From a virus (taxonomy: Duplodnaviria; Caudoviricetes), in IMG/VR virus record IMGVR_UViG_3300005805_000002, positions 1 to 64,000 of that record: a DNA stretch of 64,000 nucleotides. The stretch is one strand, 5' to 3'. Positions 38,534-46,965 of this stretch are shown here, piece by piece. The notes beneath the pieces were generated by a model. That model made no database searches, had not been told where the DNA came from, and worked only from the letters and a program-made list of their open reading frames with translations. Positions within the stretch are counted from its first letter, which is position 1; the number at the start of each line of letters is the position of its first letter. The translations under genes were made by a program, and so were the position numbers.

Positions 38534-39466
38534 TTAGGAGACCTGAGCTTTGACGGCTCCGGCCTTGAGCTTGGACAGGATGTCGCCAGCCTGCTTGGCA
38601 ATCTCCGACCGGACCTCGGTGCCCTTGTCGGTCTTCTTGTCGCGGAGGACATTGGACTGAGCGGCTTTGACGAGTCCGGCGACGAGGTCGCGGGCACGGG
38701 TCACGGCAGCGGTGATGGTGCGGTCGTTGTTGACGTTGAGCGCAGGCAGGGCCTCGACCAGTTCTTCGAGGTTGGTGACCATCGTGTCCTCGAAGCGGGC
38801 GATCTTACCGGAGTTGAACTCGGTAAGACTGCTGACGACACGGGACAGCGCGGCCTCCAGCCTCTCGACGACAGTCTTGTGCAGGTCCTTGACCTTGTCC
38901 GCGTATTCCTTGCGGGTGCTGTCCTCGATGGCAGCGCGGGCCTTGGCCGACACGTGGTTGAGGCGGATGTCGTCGGGGTGCGTGATGGCGCTCTGCTTGA
39001 TCTCGAACTTGTAGCGTTCACGCACCTCGTCCTCGGTCGGGAAACCGAGTCGGTCGAAGGCTCCGTTGAGATCGACCCGGGCTTGGTCGCGGAGTTTAGG
39101 GAGGCTCTTGCAGAGCTTGTCGACGGAGTCGTAGAACTCGGCGCGGAAGGCTTCGAGTTTCTGGACAACCGAGTCGAGCTTGGTGTTAACGACTGCGAAC
39201 GAACCCTTGCCGTCCCAGCGGAAGCCCGTGGGGAAGTCAAGGTAGCGGCGAGCCTCGGAGAGCTTCTGCTGCGGAGGCAGGCGGTCCTCCTTGGTCAGTC
39301 GCTGCACGTAGGCAGTGAAACGGTCGGAGGCAGCGTGATCGGCGCTGGCCGCGTTGGCGGCAGCTTGGTCGTCGCGTTTGCTCCACGGGAACAGCGAGCC
39401 CTCGATGCTGACGAGGGTGCAGTCACGGGCGATGTCGAATGCGTTGGTAGTTTTGTATTCAGTCAT
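38534..39466 (-). CDS. DUF3150-like protein
   Basis: Helical protein with 'FPTEDEVRERYKF'; in the usual neighbourhood of the AAA and vWA genes. Confidence 0.6.
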   Translation of the reverse strand: MTEYKTTNAFDIARDCTLVSIEGSLFPWSKRDDQAAANAASADHAASDRFTAYVQRLTKEDRLPPQQKLSEARRYLDFPTGFRWDGKGSFAVVNTKLDSVVQKLEAFRAEFYDSVDKLCKSLPKLRDQARVDLNGAFDRLGFPTEDEVRERYKFEIKQSAITHPDDIRLNHVSAKARAAIEDSTRKEYADKVKDLHKTVVERLEAALSRVVSSLTEFNSGKIARFEDTMVTNLEELVEALPALNVNNDRTITAAVTRARDLVAGLVKAAQSNVLRDKKTDKGTEVRSEIAKQAGDILSKLKAGAVKAQVS

Positions 39467-39516
39467 GGTGGTAGTTGGTTGTGTGGTTGATGGCGAACGC
39501 CGACGTCGTCTTAAAC

Positions 39517-39603
39517 CTACCGATCAAAATATGAGCGGGAGATGAACAAGGCGACGAGCAGCGAGGCCAGAAGGTAGAGAACGAAGTGGGCTTCGGGAAT
39601 CAT
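39517..39603 (-). CDS. 28-aa single-TM micropeptide
   Basis: MIPEAHFVLYLLASLLVALFISRSYFDR. Confidence 0.5.
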   Translation of the reverse strand: MIPEAHFVLYLLASLLVALFISRSYFDR

Positions 39604-39656
39604 GGCGGCAATATAGTTAGACAACTCTCGGAGCAATTCGTTCAAATTATTTTTCG

Positions 39657-40049
39657 TCAGTGTTTCCAAAGGGGCGGTTTGACGCGCAGCTTCACGGGGT
39701 AGCGGTGCTCTCCGGCACGCTCGGCGGGTCGGATGAAACAGAAGTCATACTTCTTTCCATTGTAGACATAGTTGAAGCCGCCGTGCTCGTCGTGTTCTAC
39801 ATTGACGCTGCCGTGGTTGTCGTGCTCGTTCGAGTAGAACTCCAAGACCGAGTACGGTCGCTGAGTCTTCTCATCCTTGTATCCGAGCGGTTCGACGTAG
39901 CCTGCGAAGAAGTAGACGCAGTCTTTGGTCGTGAGTTTGCTGGCGTTGCTCGCAGTCGGATCCACGTCGCAGTTGCGAAGGAAGACCATGAGCTTGTCGT
40001 CGGGATGGGGTATGTTGGTTTTGTATTTCATGGTTATTTCTCGGGCCAA
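39657..40049 (-). CDS. Hypothetical protein
   Basis: ORF within the early cluster. Confidence 0.5.
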   Translation of the reverse strand: MAREITMKYKTNIPHPDDKLMVFLRNCDVDPTASNASKLTTKDCVYFFAGYVEPLGYKDEKTQRPYSVLEFYSNEHDNHGSVNVEHDEHGGFNYVYNGKKYDFCFIRPAERAGEHRYPVKLRVKPPLWKH

Positions 40050-40324
40050 GCCGAGTAGATGGGTTTCAATCCTTTGTCATCGAAGAAGCTGACTACGCGG
40101 CCTCGGTGAGTGAGGCGACTGGCGTGGGCTCCGACTGAACGGGGTCGCACTTCACAGGTAGGGTAGCCCCTATAAAATCCCGTGAACTTGCTTTCCAATA
40201 ACACCTCGATGTTGTGCTCTTTGGCGCTACCGCAGCGGGACTTTATGTATCCCGTGCCGCTATGCTTTCCTTTCGGGTCGTCGAAGTAGACGCGTTGCAG
40301 GACGAATGTGTCTGAGAATTTCAT
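40034..40324 (-). CDS. Hypothetical protein
   Basis: Coupled ORF. Confidence 0.5.
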   Translation of the reverse strand: MKFSDTFVLQRVYFDDPKGKHSGTGYIKSRCGSAKEHNIEVLLESKFTGFYRGYPTCEVRPRSVGAHASRLTHRGRVVSFFDDKGLKPIYSAWPEK

Positions 40325-40662
40325 TAGTGTTTGATCAGATCGTGGAGCGCGTCATCGGCGCTAATGAGAGGGACATTTTCGAGTACGTAGGTGTCGTTGA
40401 CTCTTATGCCCACGAGTAAGCCGTGGGAGCCGTCGAGACACTGGGCTACTGCTCGCATTCCGCAGAGCGTGTCCTCAGCGCCCGAAAGGCCCAGACCGGA
40501 ACCGGAGTTGTAAACGGCGTTGGCTTTGGCGGCGTCTTCATAAGACGCGTAAACGTGCGGGTTCCATACCCAGAAGTTGACGTCTTCGATCTCGATAGCT
40601 CGGTCGAAAGGCTTCTGGTCAGGTGGAACCGGATAGGGAATGTGAATGTGTTGTGAGTTCAT
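40324..40662 (-). CDS. Hypothetical protein
   Basis: Preceded by the palindrome and conserved leader. Confidence 0.6.
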   Translation of the reverse strand: MNSQHIHIPYPVPPDQKPFDRAIEIEDVNFWVWNPHVYASYEDAAKANAVYNSGSGLGLSGAEDTLCGMRAVAQCLDGSHGLLVGIRVNDTYVLENVPLISADDALHDLIKH

Positions 40663-40711
40663 AATGGTAGTTGGTTGTGGTAGTTAACTTATGGGTTAAC
40701 CGGATATCCGG

Positions 40712-41302
40712 TTAAGCAGAGGGGACTTCGCAATACTTCAACAAGAAGGGGAAAAACCATTCCTCGGCTACCCTTTCAAGTTCTCGAAAGGCTTGAAGAG
40801 TCTGGTCCTGCTCAAGCGGTTCTTCATTGTGAAACGTGACGTCAATCCCGTGTATCGGGCGCTCAAGCCACGTGCCCTCGTAGCGGTCAACCATATTGGA
40901 ACGAAGGTAAACGGTGCTCGCGTAGTCGCCCTTGGCATGTTCGGTGTAAATGACCAGTGTCTGCGAGGTGCTGAGGAGGAAATCGAACGAGTGGTCTTTT
41001 CGCCACTCGTTACTGACGCTCAGATGCTTTCTGCTCTCGGTAAGCCACGTCTCCAGAGTCATCCACGCGGGGCGTCGGAAGTGCGGGTCTTTTATGTGCA
41101 GAGCGTGGTAAACCTTTTCAGCTACATCAGGTTTTAAGCGGAGATGTCGAGTATCGAGGTAGAGCTTATACACCGGACCGAATGCGACTCGAACGCGGTA
41201 ATCGCGAGCGCGTTGCATTTTGTCCTTCTGTCGCTGCTCTTCATCTTGTTGCTGTTTCGCGGAGACGAGGCGAGCAAGAGTGGGGTTAGTGGATTCTTTC
41301 AT
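40712..41302 (-). CDS. Hypothetical protein
   Basis: Flanked by two perfect palindromes; its stop lies inside one of them. Confidence 0.6.
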   Translation of the reverse strand: MKESTNPTLARLVSAKQQQDEEQRQKDKMQRARDYRVRVAFGPVYKLYLDTRHLRLKPDVAEKVYHALHIKDPHFRRPAWMTLETWLTESRKHLSVSNEWRKDHSFDFLLSTSQTLVIYTEHAKGDYASTVYLRSNMVDRYEGTWLERPIHGIDVTFHNEEPLEQDQTLQAFRELERVAEEWFFPFLLKYCEVPSA

Positions 41303-41337
41303 AGTGGTAGTTGTGTGGTTGTTAACCGGATATCCGG

Positions 41338-41553
41338 TTAAAGTTCGTAGGAAGCGTCGAGGTTATCGACAAACTCCCGCATGGATGAGGTGAGATCTGC
41401 TTCGGAGATGGCAACGTGCATGGCACGTATACCTTCGCCGTCCGGTGTCTTGTATAAACAGACGACTCGGAAGTTGGTGAGCTGTAGACCAAGGGCCAGC
41501 ATTCTCATGCCGACCCAGTCACAGATGGCGGTGTAAGTGCGTTCGAGGATCAT
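41338..41553 (-). CDS. Hypothetical protein
   Basis: Stop lies inside the palindrome at 41322. Confidence 0.55.
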   Translation of the reverse strand: MILERTYTAICDWVGMRMLALGLQLTNFRVVCLYKTPDGEGIRAMHVAISEADLTSSMREFVDNLDASYEL

Positions 41554-41708
41554 TCTTCGTTTTCGGCGGGGTAGACGACGAGCTTGGCCTGATTGCCTTC
41601 GCCTATGGCGAAATCCAGTCCATACTCATACCAGTTGTAGTCTTGCACGATGATCTCCGACTCGGGGTCGTGCTTCTGTAAGTGATCGATGAGTTCTTTA
41701 ACTTTCAT
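41550..41708 (-). CDS. Small hypothetical protein (52 aa, absent from the ORF track)
   Basis: MKVKELIDHLQKHDPESEIIV..., a common phage N-terminal motif. Confidence 0.6.
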   Translation of the reverse strand: MKVKELIDHLQKHDPESEIIVQDYNWYEYGLDFAIGEGNQAKLVVYPAENEE

Positions 41709-41710
41709 GG

Positions 41711-41956
41711 TCAGTTGATGGTTGCGTGGAAGTAGACGCCGCGTTCATCGTTCCGGTCTTGGAGTTGAATGCTCCGAGCTTTGCCGGAGATGACGCAGCG
41801 GGGTTGCGACTTTCGGTCGCGGGTTGCGGTTGGGACGTTGCAGGACAGACTCTCGACAAAGAGGCAGGCCCCCTTGTAGTGAATCGACAGCACGTTGCGG
41901 CCCCACTTTTGTGATAGAGGCTTGTTGTAGTGGTAGAAGAATGTGAATGGTTTCAT
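41711..41956 (-). CDS. Conserved phage hypothetical protein
   Basis: FFYHYNKP...SIHYKGAC...QPRCVISG. Confidence 0.6.
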   Translation of the reverse strand: MKPFTFFYHYNKPLSQKWGRNVLSIHYKGACLFVESLSCNVPTATRDRKSQPRCVISGKARSIQLQDRNDERGVYFHATIN

Positions 41957-42291
41957 TGGTCTTCGAGTTTGGAATTGATGAGGGCGCGAACGTCCGGTTC
42001 GATCTTGGCGAAAGCCAATCGCAGGCTTTTGGGCACTTGATCGGGTGCTGGTCCGTCGTCGAAGGTGTCAATGCGGTTGCGGGAATACCGGATGCATCCT
42101 TCCTCGAAGGGACCAACGAACGGTGAGCGGCGGGCATCTTCGCGATAAACGCGGAGCAAATACTCCTCGTCGGTCGGCATGACCGCGTATATGTCGCAGT
42201 CAATGTAACCGTCGCAGTTGATGATGGCCCAGTCGAAGCGGATGCCAGTGCCCGGATCGGTGAATGTTGTTCTGTTTTTCATTGCGGTCAT
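41953..42291 (-). CDS. Hypothetical protein
   Basis: Likely start MTAMKNR, with an ATGA overlap. Confidence 0.5.
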   Translation of the reverse strand: MTAMKNRTTFTDPGTGIRFDWAIINCDGYIDCDIYAVMPTDEEYLLRVYREDARRSPFVGPFEEGCIRYSRNRIDTFDDGPAPDQVPKSLRLAFAKIEPDVRALINSKLEDQ

Positions 42292-42524
42292 AGGGCTCCT
42301 CTTTCTCCTCCGGTCGGCGGGTTGATGAGTCCGGCTTCGATCATGCGGACAGCCGTGCGTCCGTAGAATCCCTGCAACGTCCATGCCATTCCCGTATCTA
42401 CGAGGTATTGGAATAGGCGGAGGGTCCCTTCGGTGCTGAGGCTGCCTTGCTCGAAGTCGATGAGTTCGGTGGTGAGATCGAATGATTCGGTGGTGTTCAC
42501 GGGTGGTAAGGAATCGATGTGCAT
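42288..42524 (-). CDS. Conserved phage hypothetical protein (FQYLVDTG.AW.LQG.YGR family)
   Basis: Recognisable motif. Confidence 0.7.
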   Translation of the reverse strand: MHIDSLPPVNTTESFDLTTELIDFEQGSLSTEGTLRLFQYLVDTGMAWTLQGFYGRTAVRMIEAGLINPPTGGERGAL

Positions 42525-42530
42525 GGTGTG

Positions 42531-43007
42531 TTAAGCGAGTGCGCGTTGCAGGCCAGCGTGCAGGACGCCGCCATACCACGCGGGGTTCTTTTCTTTGAGG
42601 ATGGTGAGGGGAGCTTTACCCGCGTCTAACTCGGCGAAGTATTGCTCCGGTGTGTGACTGGCGATCAGCTCTTTGCGGAACTTCGCCAGCGTGAAAGGTC
42701 CCCCGTGTTTGAAACGGGCGACGAACTTGCGGTCGGGTCCGAAGAGCAGGTATTGCCCCTCTCGGAACAGTTGATCTTTGGTGAACTTGGTCATGGTAGT
42801 TGGTGGTTTGGTGACGTAGAGAAGCGGGGGATACTCGTTCCGCTTCTCCAACTTGGTGGTCAGATGAGTGCCCCTGCAATGGGGGCAGGAGTAGACTCCG
42901 TATTGCTTGTTGCGCTTCCGGCGGAAGCGTTCCGCGTGTTCTTCGTAATCGGACCAGCCAAGATTGATTTTGCCTCGGCATCCTCGTTCCAAGCTGGGTG
43001 GTTTCAT
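42531..43007 (-). CDS. Hypothetical protein: Zn-ribbon N-terminal part fused to a second unit starting at ATG 42794
   Basis: YSCPHCRGTHLT in the N-terminal part; internal leader AAACCACCAACTACC-ATG. Confidence 0.55.
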   Translation of the reverse strand: MKPPSLERGCRGKINLGWSDYEEHAERFRRKRNKQYGVYSCPHCRGTHLTTKLEKRNEYPPLLYVTKPPTTMTKFTKDQLFREGQYLLFGPDRKFVARFKHGGPFTLAKFRKELIASHTPEQYFAELDAGKAPLTILKEKNPAWYGGVLHAGLQRALA

Positions 43008-43014
43008 GGATGCC

Positions 43015-43197
43015 TTAACCGAGATTCGGGTTAGGCTCGGCGAGCTTGATGGCCGCGCGGAGTTCCTTGATGGTAATCCACGCGGGGTGTTCGCGGTCTC
43101 CGCTCGGCTCGAACTCGGGCATGATACCTTCGAGATCGGCGAGCGCGCATTTGGCAGCGTCGAGCAGCATTTTGAATGATCGAGTGTGTTTTTTCAT
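43015..43197 (-). CDS. Hypothetical protein
   Basis: The last codons (PNPNLG*) are the palindrome. Confidence 0.55.
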   Translation of the reverse strand: MKKHTRSFKMLLDAAKCALADLEGIMPEFEPSGDREHPAWITIKELRAAIKLAEPNPNLG

Positions 43198-43544
43198 TGG
43201 GTGATGGTTGAGGTTTCGTAAGGGACGCAGTCGTTATCCAAGCCGAACTTGGACAGCATCTCGTCCGAGCAGTATCCGTTGTCATTGGGCGCGCAGTTGG
43301 GATGCCCGTAAATGCAGGAGCAGGGATGCTCGGCGACCATTTGCAGGTAACGCTTTGCGTATGCCTGTCGCTTGCGGTCGCAGATCTCGACGAGATCCTT
43401 CTGGGTAATACGGGTCCCGCATACTGCGGTGTAATCGATGAGCTGGTCGGGGAAGACCGGACTCGTGACACGCTTGCCGTCGAAGAGGACTTCAAACTCC
43501 TCTCCGGCGATGTTGAGGATGATGGGTATGGGATCGATGGTCAT
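43194..43544 (-). CDS. Hypothetical protein
   Basis: Likely start MTIDPIP; C-terminal CSC..C..C. Confidence 0.5.
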   Translation of the reverse strand: MTIDPIPIILNIAGEEFEVLFDGKRVTSPVFPDQLIDYTAVCGTRITQKDLVEICDRKRQAYAKRYLQMVAEHPCSCIYGHPNCAPNDNGYCSDEMLSKFGLDNDCVPYETSTITQ

Positions 43545-43546
43545 GG

Positions 43547-44116
43547 TTAATTCCTTCCGGACATTTGCTTCCACACACCGAGATCGAACTCGGCGAACGT
43601 GAGATGGGGGAACTTGGTCCGCACCATGCGCTTCGCCTTCTCCTCGATCTTGAGGTAGGTCGGCGACAGCTTATTCGGCGTGGTCGCAGGGATGCCCCTC
43701 ATGCGGCACTCCTCGCGGAGATAGCGCAGCATATGGACGTCGAGGACCACGAGTTCCTCGTCCGGTCGGCTATGCAGCAGGAACATCCGCGCGGTCTTGT
43801 GCCCAATCCCGTGGATGGACAGCAGGTCGTGCAAGGTGCAAGTGCGGAGGTTCAAGTTAAGAACCCCGGCCACAGCGGGAGCGTTCTTGTTGTAAGGTGC
43901 GAGATGCCACTCTTCGAGAATCTCGGCAATGCTCATGCCGTGATACGGAGAGCGGAACGCATCGAACAGCGATCCGTTGGTGCGGGCGATGAGTCGATTG
44001 ACCAGTCGCGCAGTGGAGTCGGAGTTGTGTCCGGCCACGGCGATGCAGAAGAGCATGAACTCTTCCAGTTCCTCGTCGCTGCGGTGGTAGTTGGTGACTT
44101 GTGTGGGTTCGATCAT
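43547..44116 (-). CDS. HhH-GPD superfamily DNA glycosylase
   Basis: LLSIHGIGHKTARMFLL (HhH) plus VVLDVHMLR. Confidence 0.8.
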   Translation of the reverse strand: MIEPTQVTNYHRSDEELEEFMLFCIAVAGHNSDSTARLVNRLIARTNGSLFDAFRSPYHGMSIAEILEEWHLAPYNKNAPAVAGVLNLNLRTCTLHDLLSIHGIGHKTARMFLLHSRPDEELVVLDVHMLRYLREECRMRGIPATTPNKLSPTYLKIEEKAKRMVRTKFPHLTFAEFDLGVWKQMSGRN

Positions 44117-44150
44117 GGGTGGTGTGGTAGTTGGTTAACCGGAATTCCGG

Positions 44151-44660
44151 TTAAGCAGCCTCCCGCCAGTCGTGGGGTCGGCTGTAGAATCCGAACGAGG
44201 GATCGTCCTCGCTCGGGGTGAAGGTGGCGGTGAAGGTGACACGCTTGCCGTCCTCGGTGGCCGCGCGGGAGGGTTTGGATCCCCAGACCTTGGCCCCGTC
44301 CGGCAATTGGATGAGGCACTTGATCGAGTCGCCGAACTTGGTCGCAACGAGCTTCTGCTTGAGGATCACGCCCGTGACCTCGGTCCGGCCGAGCGGGGCG
44401 CGGATGCCAGCGGCAACCCGTTTGGCCCGTTCCTCGGCGCGCTCGTCGGCCCACTTCATTTTCTGAAGCGACTCCTTGTGGAGTTTGATAGCGAAGGCTG
44501 CCTGTTTTGGAGTCAACGACTTATACCGGACGAGCTTGACGGCCATGTCCTGTAGGATGTTGACGCCCCATGAGATGCGGTCCCACGCGGGGTGCGACTG
44601 CAATGACGAGTCCGCGCCAAAGTGGAGCGCGGCATTCAACTCGGAGTTATTGGTATCCAT
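44151..44660 (-). CDS. Conserved phage protein with OB-like C-terminus
   Basis: LTPKQ...EVTGVILKQK..KFG..K...RVTFTATF...GFYSRP. Confidence 0.65.
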   Translation of the reverse strand: MDTNNSELNAALHFGADSSLQSHPAWDRISWGVNILQDMAVKLVRYKSLTPKQAAFAIKLHKESLQKMKWADERAEERAKRVAAGIRAPLGRTEVTGVILKQKLVATKFGDSIKCLIQLPDGAKVWGSKPSRAATEDGKRVTFTATFTPSEDDPSFGFYSRPHDWREAA

Positions 44661-44707
44661 AGTGGTAGTTGGTGGTGGTGGTGAAAAAGCCTCTATCACG
44701 TTTCCGG

Positions 44708-44797
44708 TCAGTCGGTTACGAGGCAGATGGCGATCCCGAGCAGGGTGAGTCCGCAGAAGATTTCCAGTGCGGTCTGGAGAATGTCGTAGGGTATCAT
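44708..44797 (-). CDS. 29-aa single-TM micropeptide
   Basis: MIPYDILQTALEIFCGLTLLGIAICLVTD. Confidence 0.5.
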   Translation of the reverse strand: MIPYDILQTALEIFCGLTLLGIAICLVTD

Positions 44798-44907
44798 ACT
44801 GATGCGAGTATATGTAGACGTCTTAAACCTTGGGTTGTTCAATCTTGGGTGCTTGGAATCCTCGGCCCCCGAACGGATGGGACGTAGCGGGAACGAGGTG
44901 ATGGGAC

Positions 44908-45096
44908 CTAACGGATGGACTGCGGGTCGTCGGTCTTGCGGATCTCGACTTTCGTCGTGGGATCCCAGTTCGCCTTGACGCGAAGCCAAAGCTCCGCCTC
45001 GGACGAGGCCGACTCATGCGTCCGGTGGTTCGTTGAGGAGACGCGGCGTTTGTCGCGCGTCACCACGTAGACGAACTCCTTTTCGTAGTTGGGCAT
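44908..45096 (-). CDS. Hypothetical protein
   Basis: Preceded by the palindrome and leader. Confidence 0.6.
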   Translation of the reverse strand: MPNYEKEFVYVVTRDKRRVSSTNHRTHESASSEAELWLRVKANWDPTTKVEIRKTDDPQSIR

Positions 45097-45128
45097 GGTG
45101 GTAGTTGGTCGGGTTGTTGCGGTGGTGG

Positions 45129-45299
45129 TTAACCGGAAATCGGGTTAGCGGAGAGCTTCACGTTGTGAAACTCCTCGAACAGGCGTTGATACTCCTTGGC
45201 CTTCTCGTCGGTATTGATCGGGCCGAGAGCGATGATTGCGTTCAAGTATTGCCGGAAGCTCGGGTCGTCGTAGCTGGGTGGTGCAGGATTGTAAGGCAT
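45129..45299 (-). CDS. Small hypothetical protein (56 aa)
   Basis: MPYNPAPP...ANPISG*; ends in the palindrome. Confidence 0.5.
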   Translation of the reverse strand: MPYNPAPPSYDDPSFRQYLNAIIALGPINTDEKAKEYQRLFEEFHNVKLSANPISG

Positions 45300-45349
45300 A
45301 AGAAAGGGGCGGGGCTTTTTCGGCTAACCCCAAGCCGCGTTGCGGTTGG

Positions 45350-45550
45350 TTAGATGAAGTCGTCGTGCGAGACTTCAGCGGAGGGACGCCATTCGTTGAA
45401 ACGATTGCGGTAGGCGTTGAACGCGTCGAAGCACTGGTCGAGGGCCTTGGGATCGTAGGCCGTGAGAAACTTGCGTATCTCCGGCGACAGGACGATGACC
45501 GAGACGGCCTTGTTCAGTTGTTCGAGCAGCAGTTGTGTTGCGTTTTCCAT
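45350..45550 (-). CDS. Hypothetical protein
   Basis: Preceded by the palindrome and leader. Confidence 0.6.
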   Translation of the reverse strand: MENATQLLLEQLNKAVSVIVLSPEIRKFLTAYDPKALDQCFDAFNAYRNRFNEWRPSAEVSHDDFI

Positions 45551-45647
45551 GCGGTAGTTGGTGTTGTTGTGTTGGTTAACCGGAGATCCGGTTAGGAAAG
45601 GGGCATCCCTTGTAGGCGTGTAATGACGCCTCGTTAGTTGTCAGAGC

Positions 45648-45805
45648 AGACGGCGAGGGGAATCGAACCCCCATCTCCCATAACTCCATCTCGCGGTGAT
45701 CAGCCGAGAGTCATCGTCTGTCTGCGACCGAGATCACGCGTAATCCAGTGCAGGTCGGCGATGAATTCATGGAGGGGCGTGTTACCAGTTGAACACTACG
45801 CCGCC
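45648..45805 (-). ncRNA. tRNA-like RNA with a ~95-nt structured insert replacing the anticodon arm
   Basis: Acceptor GGCGGCG/CGCCGTC; T8A9; D arm GTGT-TCAACTGGTA-ACAC; T arm GGGGG-TTCGATT-CCCCT; no encoded CCA. Confidence 0.7.
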
Positions 45806-45958
45806 ATCGTTGATCGATTTCCCTCTGACCTCTGGGATGAGTGGGGCTTTGTTGCCTGACCCCAAGGCAGGGACCGCTAACGCGTGATCCCTATTACGGA
45901 CAATCTGGTGACCCCGATTGACAGGGGGCCATTCGGAATTCGCGAATGGCGAAAGTGG

Positions 45959-46384
45959 TTAGCCCCAGCAGAGCCCGCCGAAGTCGTCGGGCGAGAATCC
46001 GGCGGGGAGTTCGACTCCCTGCAACAAGAGGATGTTCCGGCAGAAGTCAATATCGTCGCAGGACGCGCAGTAGATGTCGTCCCCATCGACCATGTCGGGG
46101 TGCTTCTTGAGCAAATCCCAGACAGGTCCGCGCAGCTTGCCCCAGCCGAAGGTGAGGAACGAGTCGAGGGAAGCGAGAGCCTCGACGCGGTGGACCTCCT
46201 TGTAGAGCCGATACGAGAGCCGCTCGCAGCGGAGGAAGGCGGACTCGTCGGTCGGAAGTTGACTGGCGAGGTTGGAGTAACGGCCTTGAAGTGCCGTCAG
46301 CCGGGCGTAAGTGCCGGGATGGACTTGAGCCAGACGCTCAAGGATTTCGGGGTTGGTGGTTTTCGGATACAGGCGTGTTCCCAT
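45959..46384 (-). CDS. Hypothetical protein
   Basis: Preceded by the palindrome and leader. Confidence 0.6.
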   Translation of the reverse strand: MGTRLYPKTTNPEILERLAQVHPGTYARLTALQGRYSNLASQLPTDESAFLRCERLSYRLYKEVHRVEALASLDSFLTFGWGKLRGPVWDLLKKHPDMVDGDDIYCASCDDIDFCRNILLLQGVELPAGFSPDDFGGLCWG

Positions 46385-46425
46385 AGGTGTTGGTGTGGTT
46401 GTGGTTAGATTAACCGGAGATCCGG

Positions 46426-46527
46426 TTAACGGAGAGCGAGGAGAAGGCAGGGAGCGACTCCGACAATTGCGGCCAAGATATACAGGGCCAAAAGCCAGAG
46501 GGGCTCGCGTTGGTTTTGATTTTTCAT
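46426..46527 (-). CDS. 33-aa single-TM micropeptide
   Basis: MKNQNQREPLWLLALYILAAIVGVAPCLLLALR; stop lies within the palindrome. Confidence 0.55.
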   Translation of the reverse strand: MKNQNQREPLWLLALYILAAIVGVAPCLLLALR

Positions 46528-46596
46528 GGAGTTGGGGGAGGTGTAAGCCTCGCTTCTACTCCCCGTCACGGGCACGGGGAGCAGGTGCGATTCCAA

Positions 46597-46683
46597 TCAC
46601 CAGTCGAGCAGGCTACGAATGAATCCGTAGATCAGCAGGAATGATCCGATCAGAGTCATGGAGACCAAGATGTCTGGACTCAT
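46597..46683 (-). CDS. 28-aa single-TM micropeptide
   Basis: MSPDILVSMTLIGSFLLIYGFIRSLLDW. Confidence 0.5.
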   Translation of the reverse strand: MSPDILVSMTLIGSFLLIYGFIRSLLDW

Positions 46684-46690
46684 GGCTGCC

Positions 46691-46831
46691 TTACTCGTTG
46701 AAGTCGTCGGCCGAGATCGGGGCCTCGACCCAGACCCAGTGCAGCGGGCTATGGTCGTCCTCGGTGAAGGACGGGGCCACGTTGACACGGGCGGGGACTT
46801 GATCGACGGGTTGGTTGTAGTTGTCTTCCAT
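46691..46831 (-). CDS. 46-aa acidic peptide
   Basis: MEDNYNQPVDQ...; preceded by the palindrome and leader. Confidence 0.55.
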   Translation of the reverse strand: MEDNYNQPVDQVPARVNVAPSFTEDDHSPLHWVWVEAPISADDFNE

Positions 46832-46965
46832 AGTGGTAGTTGGATGGTTGTTATGGTTGTGGTTGTGTTAACCGGAGATCCGGTTAACGAGAGCGGAGTC
46901 ACTCCAACACCTGCACCAGTGGTTGGCAGTCCCACTGGTGAGGTGCTGACGCGAACCCGTTCCGG

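Noticed and set aside
44816-44823. MetJ box AGACGTCT
   Set aside because: It is a single 8-mer overlapping the GGTTTAAGAC motif, and MetJ needs tandem boxes.
45648-45805. tmRNA or an ordinary tRNA
   Set aside because: No G3-U70 or A73, no convincing tag ORF, too short for tmRNA, and no 7-nt anticodon loop can be formed at the canonical position.
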